Positions 45,940 through 56,411 of a DNA stretch of 64,000 bases are shown piece by piece. A program made the translations under genes and the position numbers. This DNA comes from Candidatus Thorarchaeota archaeon (GTDB lineage: Archaea > Asgardarchaeota > Thorarchaeia > Thorarchaeales > Thorarchaeaceae). The DNA lies in assembly GCA_046482545.1 (NCBI GenBank), contig JAWOEX010000035.1, positions 160,001-224,000 of the forward strand, in the 5' to 3' direction. Under the pieces are notes generated by a model. That model saw only the letters and a program-made list of their open reading frames with translations. It had not been told where the DNA came from and did not search any database. Position 1 is the stretch's first letter, and every line of letters begins with the position of its first letter.

Positions 45940-47262
45940 TTATTTGAATCGGATGTACTTGTAGGCGTCTGTATCTGTGTCAAAGGCATAGTGTACCTTC
46001 TGATACTCTTCTCTGAACGCTCCAACTTCCTTGGAGATTTTATCAGTATCTTCATCTTTGACTACGACACGGTGAATGAAGTCGGCTATCGCATCCATCT
46101 CGGATTCTTCCATTCCTAATCGAGTTACCTCGCTGGTTCCTAACCGGATTCCACCAGGCTTTCTATAGTCTCGGCCCATCTTCTTGTCCCAAGGCAGTAA
46201 GTTCCGGTTGATTATGATGTTGGATTTCTCCAGCTCTTCCTCAACTTTTCTGCCGTTCTTCATTGGTGTATCTGCTACGTCAACAAGGATTGTGTGAGAC
46301 TCGGTGAAACCTTTATGCTCCGCAACAACATTCAGTCCGCGCTCATAGAGCGACTGTGCCAATGCCTGCGCATTGTCAATAATCTGTCCCGAATACTCCT
46401 TTCCAAACTCTGCCATCTCTGCTAGTACTACTGCTAAACCGGCTACATTGTGCAGGTGATGATTACTCATCATACCCGGAAATGCAGCCCGCTTTATCGC
46501 ATCACTGAACTCTTCTTTGGACAGGACCATCCCATGCTGTGGTCCTGGGAGAGTCTTGTGAGTAGAAGCTGTCATAATATCTGCCCCTTCTCTTAGCGGA
46601 TTTTGGAACCGACCCGCAGCGATAAGACCCGACACATGAGCTGAGTCATAGCCGATGTGCATATCGAATTCCTTTGCAACCTCTCTAAATTCCTCTACAG
46701 GGTGAGGGAACGGAAAGACACTGCCGCCAAACAACAGGAACTCGATTGGTTTTCCTGAGTCCTCAACTCTACGGATTTTATCGATGCTTGCATCAACGTC
46801 TATATTGAATTCCTCTTCATCGAAGACATAGGTCTGAACTTTGTGTCCTCTGATTGCTCCTGCAGTTCCGCCGAGGCTTCGCCTAGCGTGTGAGATGTGC
46901 CCGCCATGAGCTATGGAAAGGGCCATCATCCGTTGCTTGGGTTTCATCATGGATGTGTACATCATCAGGTTCGCAACTACACCTGATATTGCTCTGACAT
47001 CCGCAAATTCTGCATCGTAGAGGTCTTTTGCCAACTCTATACAGGTCAATTCGACTTCATCAATATATTTGCAGCCCGCATACACTCGTTCACCAGGCCA
47101 TCCTTCTGCATACCGATCCCGAAAATCGCACATGATGGCTGACCTGACTGCCGGTGAGGATACATTCTCCGATGCAATCAGATTTATGGTGTTGCTCATC
47201 CAATTCTCATGCTTCTCTATCAGATTGAATATCTTTTCATACTGCTCCTTTGGTTTTGTCAA
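45940..47262 (-). CDS. glyA: Serine hydroxymethyltransferase
   Basis: INLIASEN, RYAEG.PG.R.Y.G, GGH.SH, YDSAHV, STHKTLPGP, GIRLGT. Confidence 0.96.
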   Translation of the reverse strand: MTKPKEQYEKIFNLIEKHENWMSNTINLIASENVSSPAVRSAIMCDFRDRYAEGWPGERVYAGCKYIDEVELTCIELAKDLYDAEFADVRAISGVVANLMMYTSMMKPKQRMMALSIAHGGHISHARRSLGGTAGAIRGHKVQTYVFDEEEFNIDVDASIDKIRRVEDSGKPIEFLLFGGSVFPFPHPVEEFREVAKEFDMHIGYDSAHVSGLIAAGRFQNPLREGADIMTASTHKTLPGPQHGMVLSKEEFSDAIKRAAFPGMMSNHHLHNVAGLAVVLAEMAEFGKEYSGQIIDNAQALAQSLYERGLNVVAEHKGFTESHTILVDVADTPMKNGRKVEEELEKSNIIINRNLLPWDKKMGRDYRKPGGIRLGTSEVTRLGMEESEMDAIADFIHRVVVKDEDTDKISKEVGAFREEYQKVHYAFDTDTDAYKYIRFK

Positions 47263-47538
47263 GATGCGCACTCCCAATATTGAGGCTATATTCCAGTAAC
47301 AGGGCCTCAGTTATATGACTTATGACTCACTTATTTCCCACTTTACTGGTTCTGTGGAGAAAGCAGGCGGAATTGTTGTGAGAAGATGAAATGAGCTGTC
47401 AATTCGCTATTCAAACGCACGGATCCTGACAATCAGGAACAATAATATGAATCACTCCGATATGTTGGTATGACTTTTTACACAGAGCCCACTTTACCAC
47501 AATCTCTATAAATTGATAGCAACCATCCACAAAAACGT

Positions 47539-47711
47539 GGGCCAGTGGCTAAGCCAGGTATAGTGTCAGATTTCATCTGATGCACCTAGAGCGACAGGCT
47601 CTTATGCTGCGGGTATCCCGGTATCGGGTTCGCGGCAGAGACACTTGTTGGTCAGGGGTTCTTGGCTTTTGATTTCCAAAGGCCAGCCCAAAAATCCCCT
47701 CTGGCCCGCCA
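47539..47711 (+). tRNA. tRNA-Lys(CTT) with three introns (22/23 at 47562-47589; 37/38 at 47605-47642; 56/57 at 47662-47691)
   Basis: Removing 28+38+30 nt gives a clean 77-nt cloverleaf: GGGCCAG, GCTA-AGCCAGGTA-TAGC, ACAGG-CTCTTAA-CTTGT, AGGGG-TTCAAAT-CCCCT, CTGGCCC-GCCA. Confidence 0.92.
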
Positions 47712-47847
47712 TTCTTAAAATAGGATTCTCATAACCTTCCTTCTAATACCAAATCATTTCAAGAAGATTTTATCGTCATTGATACGTGCTCTTATGAGAA
47801 TGGTAATGCACAATCAGATGTAGTAGAAACACGTCATCAAATATCTG

Positions 47848-49380
47848 TCACTCTTTGTATCTGTGCAGCTTTATCACGTACTTGTTCCTGCCCATATCAT
47901 CGTTCCTAGAATACTCGATACTACTGCGATATCTTTCTAGCAGAAGTCGCACGCTGAATAGATTAAGATTGAGGGTTGTAATCTCGGGGACATCAGTGCT
48001 CAGCAGTTGGTCAAGTTCAGAATCCGTAGGTCTGGATCCGTCCGTCACAATTTGGACCTCGACTTGGTTGTCTACAGACGTGGTATCGACAGAGATGAGT
48101 ATCTCCCCGTCTCGTGAGAGTATCTCGTTGACGAATAGGTTGGTGAGCAGGATGTCCAGTTTGTTGTCAGCCAGCACCAGCAGACTATCATCAATCTCAC
48201 TGATTTCGAATCTGAACTTGGCTCCCTTGAGCATCTGTTCCACAGTCTGTTGAGCTCTCTCTATTGCGGTCTTGAGCTTATAGGGGACAAGCTTCTTTTC
48301 ACCAATGGACTTTATCTCTGAGAGGGTTGCCACCTGCCTGTTGAAGAAGGTTGACTCCTTGCTCAGTTTCATTGCTGTCTCGATGGCTCGCTTGTAAGCG
48401 TCGTCCACTGGTTCTTCGAGGGTTAAGATTTCCAAGCATGAAACAATTCCCTGAAGGAGGTTTCCCATCTTGTGCACCCACATTGAGAGGTAAAGGTCAC
48501 TCTCTTTCCGGGCGGTCTCAAGTTCCTTTGTCCTCCTCTCAACAAGGGACTCAAGACCGCGGTGTGGCTCAATAATGGCAGTGAATATCATCGCAATGCT
48601 CAGGATGATGAACCCCGCTATCACTCCACCAATCCATAAGAACTCGGCTACTTGATAGGGGTCTTCAAGGAGGCTATAGACAACGAAAGTGTATAGCCAG
48701 AAAACCAGAGCTAGTGTTGAACCCAGCACTATCCTATCGCGAGCATTGAACCATTCCTTAGTATATCGTACCAAGGACAGTACTGCAGTGCTACCTACCA
48801 CGATTGTCAGTAACCATCCAACAGGTGTGAGTCCTGCCAGGCCACCAGTTGGATCAGTCACCTTGAAGAGGGGATCTTTAGTCAGTATTAACGATATTGA
48901 GAACAAGGGCTGAAGTACCAAACCCCAGAGTATGACAAAGCTCCTGTTCCTCGTTGTCAGTTCTTTTCCACCAAAGACCGACCCCGCAAGCACACCAGGC
49001 GTGAGTAGGAACCCAAGAGCTGTGACTACTGTCCTGTTGCGATCACGGCCTGCAAGTGGTGAGCCCAGAGCGCTAGGATGAGTTACCAAAAACAAGAACG
49101 AGAATACGACAACATTTGCCCCCAGAAACATGATTATCAGGCTTCTTAGGTTTGGCAACTGAGCATAGTGAACAAGCGAGTAGATGAAGACGACACCCGC
49201 GGACATGGCCAAGAAAGCCATTAAGAACGCAATCCTGAAGAAGGCTCTCTCATCAGAAACACTATTCCACGCAGCGCCTGTCACGAGGAAAGAACATAGG
49301 ATGGAGAACATGACAATGAACAGCACCAAGAGCATGTAGTCGTAGTACTTACTCTTCACCGTGGCACTCAAAGATGTCAC
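47848..49380 (-). CDS. Multi-TM sensor histidine kinase-like protein with a degenerate ATPase domain
   Basis: About 8 TM helices, VERRT.EL coiled coil, H-box WVHKMGNLLQ, N-box LLTNLFVNE, degenerate G-boxes. Confidence 0.65.
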   Translation of the reverse strand: MTSLSATVKSKYYDYMLLVLFIVMFSILCSFLVTGAAWNSVSDERAFFRIAFLMAFLAMSAGVVFIYSLVHYAQLPNLRSLIIMFLGANVVVFSFLFLVTHPSALGSPLAGRDRNRTVVTALGFLLTPGVLAGSVFGGKELTTRNRSFVILWGLVLQPLFSISLILTKDPLFKVTDPTGGLAGLTPVGWLLTIVVGSTAVLSLVRYTKEWFNARDRIVLGSTLALVFWLYTFVVYSLLEDPYQVAEFLWIGGVIAGFIILSIAMIFTAIIEPHRGLESLVERRTKELETARKESDLYLSMWVHKMGNLLQGIVSCLEILTLEEPVDDAYKRAIETAMKLSKESTFFNRQVATLSEIKSIGEKKLVPYKLKTAIERAQQTVEQMLKGAKFRFEISEIDDSLLVLADNKLDILLTNLFVNEILSRDGEILISVDTTSVDNQVEVQIVTDGSRPTDSELDQLLSTDVPEITTLNLNLFSVRLLLERYRSSIEYSRNDDMGRNKYVIKLHRYKE

Positions 49381-49811
49381 ATCTAATCTGGACTAGAGAA
49401 CATATTACCCCGAGCTATAAAGCGCTTCCTCGTTGTTCGTATGAAGCATTCGACACACACAATCTACTGAAAGCCCCATTCCTGTTTTTCTTCATAGGTC
49501 AGAATCATAGCATCATCTGTCGTGGTTTCATACAGTCCTATGAGCATACGCATGATTCTCTCAGGCGAGCCTAGTATTCCAAAGTCATTGCCGAAAGAGA
49601 CAGACATTGTCAAGAGATTCCCTTGACGAGAGAAAAACATGGCTCAAAGCGGCTGAAAACATCAAGTTTGAGACTCAGGGTGTCTTGGAGAAGCAAGAAT
49701 CATAATGAATTCAAAGGCAAATGAAAGACCTTTTCTAGTGTTAGAATATTAGAATCCCAAGGTTTACCGGTCTAGTGGCATGATACAGAGTCTCTAAGGA
49801 GCAAAATCAAA

Positions 49812-50567
49812 ATGCAACTGCCGACGGATCCGATAGCACTTGGAGCCATAGCCAGCTTACTCGCAGGTACCGCCACTGGATTGGGAGCAATTCCTGTGCT
49901 ACTGGGCGGAAATTTTGGGCGGAGGACACTGGACATTATGCTCGGCTTTGCAGGCGGTGTTATGCTGGCAGCGTCAGCCTTCAGTCTCCTGATACCCGCC
50001 CTTGATCTGAGTGGAGCATGGATTACTGCTTTCGGGTTTGCCTTGGGTGGTATCTTTGTGCATGTTGCTGACAAATATATCCCTCATGAACACGAGGTAA
50101 AAGGTCATGAAGGGCCACCAACGAATCTTTCACGCATCTGGTTAATCGTTCTTGCGATAACAATCCACAACTTTCCCGAAGGCTTGGCAGTGGGTGTAGC
50201 TTTTGGAACTGGAGACACCGGTGCCGGCCTAACTATAGCTTTAGCTATAGGTCTTCAAAACATCCCTGAAGGGCTTGCCGTTGCCATGCCCTTGGTACGA
50301 GAAGGCTATTCTAGAGGAAGAGCAGCAGGTTACGCTTTGCTCTCAGGACTGGTAGAACCAATTGGAGGTATACTTGGTGTTTTTGTGGTATCCTTCTCGC
50401 GTTTCTTACTCCCGTACGGATTGGCCTTTGCTGCTGGTGCTATGGTATTCATAGTGTCTGATGAAATGGTGCCAGAAAGTCATTCGGGCGGCTTTGCCCG
50501 AGCTGCAACAGCTGGGCTGATGCTGGGCTTCATAGTGATGATGATTCTCGATACAAGCCTTGGATAG
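49812..50567 (+). CDS. ZIP-family (GufA/ZupT) metal transporter
   Basis: GFAGGVMLAAS, PHEH, ITIHNFPEGLAVG, IGLQNIPEG, AAGAM, EMVPESH. Confidence 0.93.
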   Translation: MQLPTDPIALGAIASLLAGTATGLGAIPVLLGGNFGRRTLDIMLGFAGGVMLAASAFSLLIPALDLSGAWITAFGFALGGIFVHVADKYIPHEHEVKGHEGPPTNLSRIWLIVLAITIHNFPEGLAVGVAFGTGDTGAGLTIALAIGLQNIPEGLAVAMPLVREGYSRGRAAGYALLSGLVEPIGGILGVFVVSFSRFLLPYGLAFAAGAMVFIVSDEMVPESHSGGFARAATAGLMLGFIVMMILDTSLG

Positions 50568-50585
50568 GTTCATGAAAAGAGAGGT

Positions 50586-50662
50586 TGGCGCCGCCGCCAG
50601 GAATCGAACCTGGGGCCAACAACTTAACAGGCTGTCGCTCTACCGGACTGAGCCACGGCGGC
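50586..50662 (-). tRNA. tRNA-Asn(GTT), no intron
   Basis: GCCGCCG/CGGCGGC+GCCA, ACAGC-CTGTTAA-GTTGT, CCAGG-TTCGATT-CCTGG. Confidence 0.95.
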
Positions 50663-50769
50663 ACTATTCATTTCGAGGCTGGGAGGAAATGCAATATTAA
50701 GATTGTTGTCCGGAAACTTCCGAATCCGCGCAGCCTCTTCTTGACAGCCGCACTTCGCTACTTTTCTAC

Positions 50770-51336
50770 TCACACCATTGCACCATCGTTTTTCTCAAAC
50801 GAAAGAGTAGATTTCTTCAAAGTATTCCAATCAGTCTTGTAGAGAACTATTTTCACAGTAGATCCATCTACCTCCATTTCAATAAAACTGGCTTCTTGTC
50901 GGCCGGTTGATACACCCGTAGCACCTGATAGTGTCCCGGGGTTTAGAATCAATCGCCCCTCATAGAGCTTGACTTGTGCTTCATGAGTGTGGCCATGGAT
51001 GGCTATATCGCACCCGACATTATCTAGGATGTCTCGGATTTGCTCAATACTGCCACGTGGTCGTAATTGTGTACCGTGGAGAAGCAATATTTCCAAATCA
51101 CCGATATTGATTTCTTCATGGAAATTATGATCATATGAGTAGTCCATATTTCCCCGTACTATGCAACATCGAGGAAGGATGGGCAGAGATTCTCGCATTG
51201 CATGTTCTTCTACCAAGTCGCCAGTTATCAATGCCAAGTCATAATGTCTATCCTCAATAATCGAGTAGAAAGCATCCGGAATGGAATCTCTGCGAGTAGG
51301 AATGTGTGTATCGCCAAAAACTAGAATTTTCATCAT
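50770..51336 (-). CDS. YfcE/MJ0936-family phosphoesterase, Vps29-like
   Basis: GDTHIP.R, TGDL, VRGNMD, HG.Q..P.G, GHTH, NPGT..GA, SF..M. Confidence 0.85.
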   Translation of the reverse strand: MMKILVFGDTHIPTRRDSIPDAFYSIIEDRHYDLALITGDLVEEHAMRESLPILPRCCIVRGNMDYSYDHNFHEEINIGDLEILLLHGTQLRPRGSIEQIRDILDNVGCDIAIHGHTHEAQVKLYEGRLILNPGTLSGATGVSTGRQEASFIEMEVDGSTVKIVLYKTDWNTLKKSTLSFEKNDGAMV

Positions 51337-51345
51337 GAAGACCGC

Positions 51346-53580
51346 TCATATCTCTTCATGGCGAGATTTATTCAGGTTATCAAGAATTTTAGAATACACA
51401 CGCTTCTTGTCCCCCTTGGCTAACTTTGCTAGGCGTTCCACAATCAGCTCGGGGGTGCTCCTAGCCAAGTACCCAAAACGTGGACTTCTGTCAACAATCA
51501 AATCGAGATTCTTGTCAAGTCCTCTGGCTTCTATTCCATCGATTCTGATGTCAACAATGGAGACTTCCTTGATTTCACTTGCAAGATGGCTGCAGATGAC
51601 CGTTGCGCTGTTCGGGTCCTGCTGTAGGATTTCGAGCAAACCCGCAATTACATTCGCAGCACTTCCTGGTTCAGTCATCGCTTCAACTTCATCAAACAGA
51701 GCAAGCTTTGGCTTATTGGAAGTGACAATCTCAGCAAATTGCTCCAACATTGTCTCAAATGCACCTGCGCTAACCATTCCTCGACTCTTATAGAAGAAAT
51801 AGACTTCCTCAAACACTTGAACATACGATTCTCTAGCAGGTACCGGAAAGCCAGCTTGGGCCATTGTTACTATCTGTGCAATAGTCTGAATTGTTGTGGT
51901 TTTACCACCGCTGTTAGCACCTGACAATACCGCGCAGTTCTCTCCATCAGTCCCTACAGGTTTGAATGGATTCTCTCCGATGGAATAGTCTATCGGCTGA
52001 ACTTCACCATGTTTTCCTTTGAGCCTGCTTCGTGTTAGGAAGAGATTAGTCGCGTCCTTGATTCCTACACCGTGGTAATGTGCGGATACATCTGGAGTAT
52101 GAAGACCATAATCCCGGGCAAAGAGACCTACGGCTAGGAACAAATCGAATTCAAGCAAGGTCTGAACAGCTTGTTTCACTGCGTCTCGAAGGCCTTCCAA
52201 TTCATTCGCCAGTTCACTCATGAACTCAAAACTCAGTTCTGCATAGACAGATCTAATCTTATCCTCCAAGTCGTTTATTCGCGCCGAGACCATATTCACC
52301 GGGAGCGATATCTCTTCGCTAACAATTCCTGCGACCCAATCTGCTTCTCGTAAATCCAATCCAAGGAATTCGAGTAATCGATCTTCTGCTTCTTGCGTTA
52401 CAGTAGAGAATATTTCAACAATCTCTGGGGGAAGCATGCTTCGCATAGCGTTACTTTCAGCTCCTTCCATATCGGCGGATTGAAGAATGCTGATTATTTG
52501 TTGCCCCCCAAGGGTAACCTCGCTTTCGGATATGCGGCGCTCTATCTCCTCGTTTGTCCACGCTTCAGTTTCAGCTATCGCAGTTTGGAAATTATTCACT
52601 GCATGGGCATATCGGTCAAGCTCATCGTCAATCCCCTGAGCAATAGACCCATCTTCGTTAAGTTTCTCAAGAAGGGCACCAACTCTGTTGAGGCTCTCAG
52701 CGTCGATGGCTTCAGAAAACTGTTTCATAGCTTCATTATCTGGAAGATTTGAGAAAATATCCGCAAGTTCGCTTGCAGCACGGATAACATGATAATTCCT
52801 AGTATAGAACCCAACTGTTTGCTCTGGAAGAATCTGATCGATGGACCAGTTTTCTCCTAACAACTCGACATTCTGAAGCATATCCATCGAATCGTCATAA
52901 AAACCGGATGTTGATATGTAGAAAACCAAATCATACCCCTGTGCATAATCCAGTGCTCTCTCCCCTTCCGAAAGAACATAGACTGGACACCACTTGTCGA
53001 CTCCTTGGTTGACCAGTTCGTCAAATACCTCTTCGTCAGTAGTGAGTACAACTCGCCCTTCGAGCCGTTTCGGTCTTACACGATGAAGTAAACCTCTAAT
53101 GTTCTTCAGGTTCTGCTGTAGAATTTGACAATCATCATTCTTCAATGCATGAACCATTTCCATTGCGTTGCCGAAATAGCGTTGTCGTTCACGAATAGTA
53201 TCGATTTTATCTGGCGGCAATGGGAAATAGAGATATAGTTTGTCTTTGGCATAGGTAGTATTGGCATAGTTTTGAATTATTTCAATAACTGCTTCGAAAA
53301 TATCCTGAACATCAGAAGTTCGAAGTATGCTTTTCGAGCTTGTGCCGAATTGTTGTTCAAAGGCGCCTTTCACAATATTTACTGCTTGCCTTGAACCAAT
53401 CTGTGGTACTGAAGCAACTAGGTCAACGCGCGAATCTAGTATCACTTTCAGAGCTACTTTTTCACTGCCAAAGTACTCCGTAAGAACCCGCCTGTATTTA
53501 GGCCCTATTCCAGGAATATCGGATAATTTGGTTATACTCGCAGCGTTCTCCTCTGAAGACATGATATCATTGATGGTCAT
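51346..53580 (-). CDS. Archaeal MutS-family (MutS5-like) ATPase with N-terminal HhH motifs
   Basis: LSDIPGIGP, SVPQIG; VLSGANSGGKTT, MAQAG.PVPA, SAGAFE, LFDEVEA.TEPG, SHL. Confidence 0.85.
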   Translation of the reverse strand: MTINDIMSSEENAASITKLSDIPGIGPKYRRVLTEYFGSEKVALKVILDSRVDLVASVPQIGSRQAVNIVKGAFEQQFGTSSKSILRTSDVQDIFEAVIEIIQNYANTTYAKDKLYLYFPLPPDKIDTIRERQRYFGNAMEMVHALKNDDCQILQQNLKNIRGLLHRVRPKRLEGRVVLTTDEEVFDELVNQGVDKWCPVYVLSEGERALDYAQGYDLVFYISTSGFYDDSMDMLQNVELLGENWSIDQILPEQTVGFYTRNYHVIRAASELADIFSNLPDNEAMKQFSEAIDAESLNRVGALLEKLNEDGSIAQGIDDELDRYAHAVNNFQTAIAETEAWTNEEIERRISESEVTLGGQQIISILQSADMEGAESNAMRSMLPPEIVEIFSTVTQEAEDRLLEFLGLDLREADWVAGIVSEEISLPVNMVSARINDLEDKIRSVYAELSFEFMSELANELEGLRDAVKQAVQTLLEFDLFLAVGLFARDYGLHTPDVSAHYHGVGIKDATNLFLTRSRLKGKHGEVQPIDYSIGENPFKPVGTDGENCAVLSGANSGGKTTTIQTIAQIVTMAQAGFPVPARESYVQVFEEVYFFYKSRGMVSAGAFETMLEQFAEIVTSNKPKLALFDEVEAMTEPGSAANVIAGLLEILQQDPNSATVICSHLASEIKEVSIVDIRIDGIEARGLDKNLDLIVDRSPRFGYLARSTPELIVERLAKLAKGDKKRVYSKILDNLNKSRHEEI

Positions 53581-53727
53581 TGGAATATTCCTCGAAAGGG
53601 TATCTCTTAAACACGTTGACTGATGGATGAATCCATGTCAAGGAAAACAACTAGTTGACAGATTAGTGTTGTCTCCTCTTTCCCTGACTTTGATTGCAAA
53701 TTATTCTCTATAGATTTGACTGGACTT

Positions 53728-54711
53728 TCAGTATTCATTCTCTATATCAACCTGATTTAATGGCTCCTCTCCTTCGATAAATCTGAGGATGTTGTGAGCC
53801 ACAAACCGAATCTGTTCCTTCATAACATTCTCTGAATAGGCTGCACGGTGTGGAGAAAGGATCACATTATCTAACTTGTGAAACGGATGCTTTTCGGAAG
53901 GGAACTGACCGGCCGAACCCCATTCAGCAGGATAATTCCACCATACATCGAGAGCGGCACCAGCGATTTCTTCATTCTCTAGCTTGCTAAATAGTACCTC
54001 TTGCTCAATAATAGGAGCCCGAGAGACATTTATGAGAAATGCAGATTTCTTCATGTATGAGAGAAACTCTTCGTTAACCATTCCGTGCGATTCCTTGGTA
54101 AGTGGCAATGAGAGAATGATGAAATCTGCTTGTCTGATATGATTCTCAGCATTTTCAATAGAGACAAGCTCATCCACAGAAGATGCAGAACCTGCCCCAG
54201 TCCTTGTAGCTGCTACTAGGTAGATGTTGAATGCCTTAAGGTGCCGAGCTATTTCAGAGCCTATATGGCCCAAACCTATAATCAAACATGCTTTGTTTCG
54301 GAGTTCGATGTTGGGCAAATCACTGCCCCACGCCATCTTCCAGTCCCCTTTTCGCAGTAGCCTATCGCTGCGTAGGATTCTCTTTGCCAGAGCCAGTAAG
54401 AGCATTACTGCATATTCTGCCACCTCTTCCGAATTCTGATGACAATTACAAACAATAACATCGCCCCGCTCTCTGAGAGCGTCCATATCGATTTTATCTA
54501 CTCCTGCACCGAAAGCCTGAATCATCTCCAGTGATTCCACACTTCGGATGTATTTTTCAGGGACCCGTCCTGAAGCTATGATGCTTGCATCGTCCCCTTG
54601 TTCAAGCATTTGCTCAGGAGTTCTTTCAGACGTGACAACCTCTGCCCTGTCTCCAACTATCTGCCGGATTCTATCAGCAAAATCTTCGCTATATGGAACG
54701 AGAACTTTCAA
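53728..54711 (-). CDS. D-isomer-specific 2-hydroxyacid dehydrogenase
   Basis: GAGVDKID, VAEYA, IIGLGHIG, LPLT, INVSR, AALDVWW, SPHRA. Confidence 0.9.
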   Translation of the reverse strand: MKVLVPYSEDFADRIRQIVGDRAEVVTSERTPEQMLEQGDDASIIASGRVPEKYIRSVESLEMIQAFGAGVDKIDMDALRERGDVIVCNCHQNSEEVAEYAVMLLLALAKRILRSDRLLRKGDWKMAWGSDLPNIELRNKACLIIGLGHIGSEIARHLKAFNIYLVAATRTGAGSASSVDELVSIENAENHIRQADFIILSLPLTKESHGMVNEEFLSYMKKSAFLINVSRAPIIEQEVLFSKLENEEIAGAALDVWWNYPAEWGSAGQFPSEKHPFHKLDNVILSPHRAAYSENVMKEQIRFVAHNILRFIEGEEPLNQVDIENEY

Positions 54712-54787
54712 CTTATGAACTCCCTCAATTTTCAGGCTCAGCTGCAGAGGTTCTGCGGCGTGTAGTTGTTAGGAGCCCTATTATCTT

Positions 54788-56260
54788 TTAGTAAGAGCGT
54801 GCGACATAGACAACTGCATTTGCGGGTTTTCCGCATGCTACACAGATGCCTTCGGCTTCTTCTTCCACATCAATCCGCGTACCTCTGATTTCTCCGCCAG
54901 TTTGATTTTTAATCTCCTCGCCACATTGTTCACCATCCATGTCTGTGCTACAGAACGGTATTCGTGCGATCTTTCCTTTCTCGAGACCGTCGTCTATGGA
55001 ATTCATATTCTCTGCATCAACAACCAAGTCCTTGAGCTCTGATTGAGCTTGCTCCAGCAAAGCTGCATCGATTTCTTCACCTAGCGTCTCTATGCTCTCT
55101 ATGATTTCATCTGAATCAACAGTTTCGCGTTCCATTAGATCTCTTCTGAATAGCACTGCAGTCTCGTTCTTCACTTCGCGAGGACCTATATGAACACGGA
55201 TGGGAACCCCTTTCATCTCCCAGTAGTTGTACTTCCAACCAGGTGTCGAATCCGTATCATCGAGATGAACCCGCAAGCCATTCGCTTTCAGTTTGTCTTC
55301 TATTTCCCTACAGCGCTGAAGTACCATTTCCTCCTTATCTCCCCTGAATATCGGGATGATTACTACCTGATAGGGTGCTATCTTGAACGGCAACCGAAGG
55401 CCTTGGTCATCGCCATGGATTGATATCATTGCTCCATAAATTCGTGAAATGGCCGGACCATAGCAGGTCTGGTAAGCATAGACATATTCATTGTTCTCGT
55501 CAAGGTATTCTATCTCAAATGGCTTGGCGAAGTTATCTCCAAGATCGTGAGTTGAAGGTAACTGGATGACCTTACCATCAGGCATCAACGCATCAGCAGC
55601 ATAAGTATTCACACCTCCAGGGAACTTGTCCCATTGAGTACGCTTGAACACCATTACTGGGATGCCAAAACAGTCTGTTACAACCTCTTTTGTTGTCTCC
55701 AAATCCTCTTGCACTTGCGCTTTTGCTTCTTCATGTGTTCTGAACACGTTATGACTCTCAATCCACAGGAATTCGCGTCCTCGAAGGAAAGGTCGGGTAC
55801 TCTTAACTTCGGATCTGAAGACAGAACACCTCTGGTAATGCTTCATGGGAAGATCTCGCCAGCTACGAACCCATAGGGAATACATCGGATAGATAGCTGT
55901 TTCACTGGTGGGTCTTAGTGCTAGCCTTTCTTCCAGCTTCTTTCCATCGCCATACTCTTCTATCCAGAATACTTCGGGAGTGAAACCCTCCACATGCTGA
56001 GATTCCTTTCTCAGATTTCCCTCTGGGATAACTGTAGGAAAGAGCATAGGTGTGTGCCCTTTCTCTTGAAGCGCTTTCTCATAGAAATCGAACATGAGAT
56101 TCATACTCATGACGCTCCATGGTTGAAATGGTGTAAAACCCTTTACTCCGTATCTGATATCCGCTAATTTAGCTACTTTACATATTTCGCCAAACCAATC
56201 CGGGAAGTTTTCATCATGTGAGATATCGAATATGGCCTTGTTACTATCATCGCTATTCAT
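54788..56260 (-). CDS. proS: Prolyl-tRNA synthetase, archaeal/eukaryotic type
   Basis: KE..HVEGF.PEV.W, LRPTSET, R.E...TRPFLRGREFLW.E.H, PGWKYN.WE.KGVP, ARSY end. Confidence 0.97.
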   Translation of the reverse strand: MNSDDSNKAIFDISHDENFPDWFGEICKVAKLADIRYGVKGFTPFQPWSVMSMNLMFDFYEKALQEKGHTPMLFPTVIPEGNLRKESQHVEGFTPEVFWIEEYGDGKKLEERLALRPTSETAIYPMYSLWVRSWRDLPMKHYQRCSVFRSEVKSTRPFLRGREFLWIESHNVFRTHEEAKAQVQEDLETTKEVVTDCFGIPVMVFKRTQWDKFPGGVNTYAADALMPDGKVIQLPSTHDLGDNFAKPFEIEYLDENNEYVYAYQTCYGPAISRIYGAMISIHGDDQGLRLPFKIAPYQVVIIPIFRGDKEEMVLQRCREIEDKLKANGLRVHLDDTDSTPGWKYNYWEMKGVPIRVHIGPREVKNETAVLFRRDLMERETVDSDEIIESIETLGEEIDAALLEQAQSELKDLVVDAENMNSIDDGLEKGKIARIPFCSTDMDGEQCGEEIKNQTGGEIRGTRIDVEEEAEGICVACGKPANAVVYVARSY

Positions 56261-56411
56261 TGGCTTACCCTTCTATAGACTGATTGAGATATAGATTCAT
56301 AGCTAGGTTTGAGAAAAACACCACTAATATGGAACGTATTCACCTAGCATTCTACGTTCACCGTGAATTCGTCCTCTCGCCTAGTTATTTAAACTCTACC
56401 TTGCAAGATTG

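Noticed and set aside
47712-50585. Integrated mobile element at tRNA-Lys or tRNA-Asn
   Set aside because: No integrase and no duplicated tRNA end seen
50585-50842. ORF beginning MAPPPGIEPG
   Set aside because: Typical translation of a tRNA reverse complement
56261-56400. Attenuator or T-box-like leader before proS
   Set aside because: Only short pairings and tiny uORFs without Pro runs; no T-box motif
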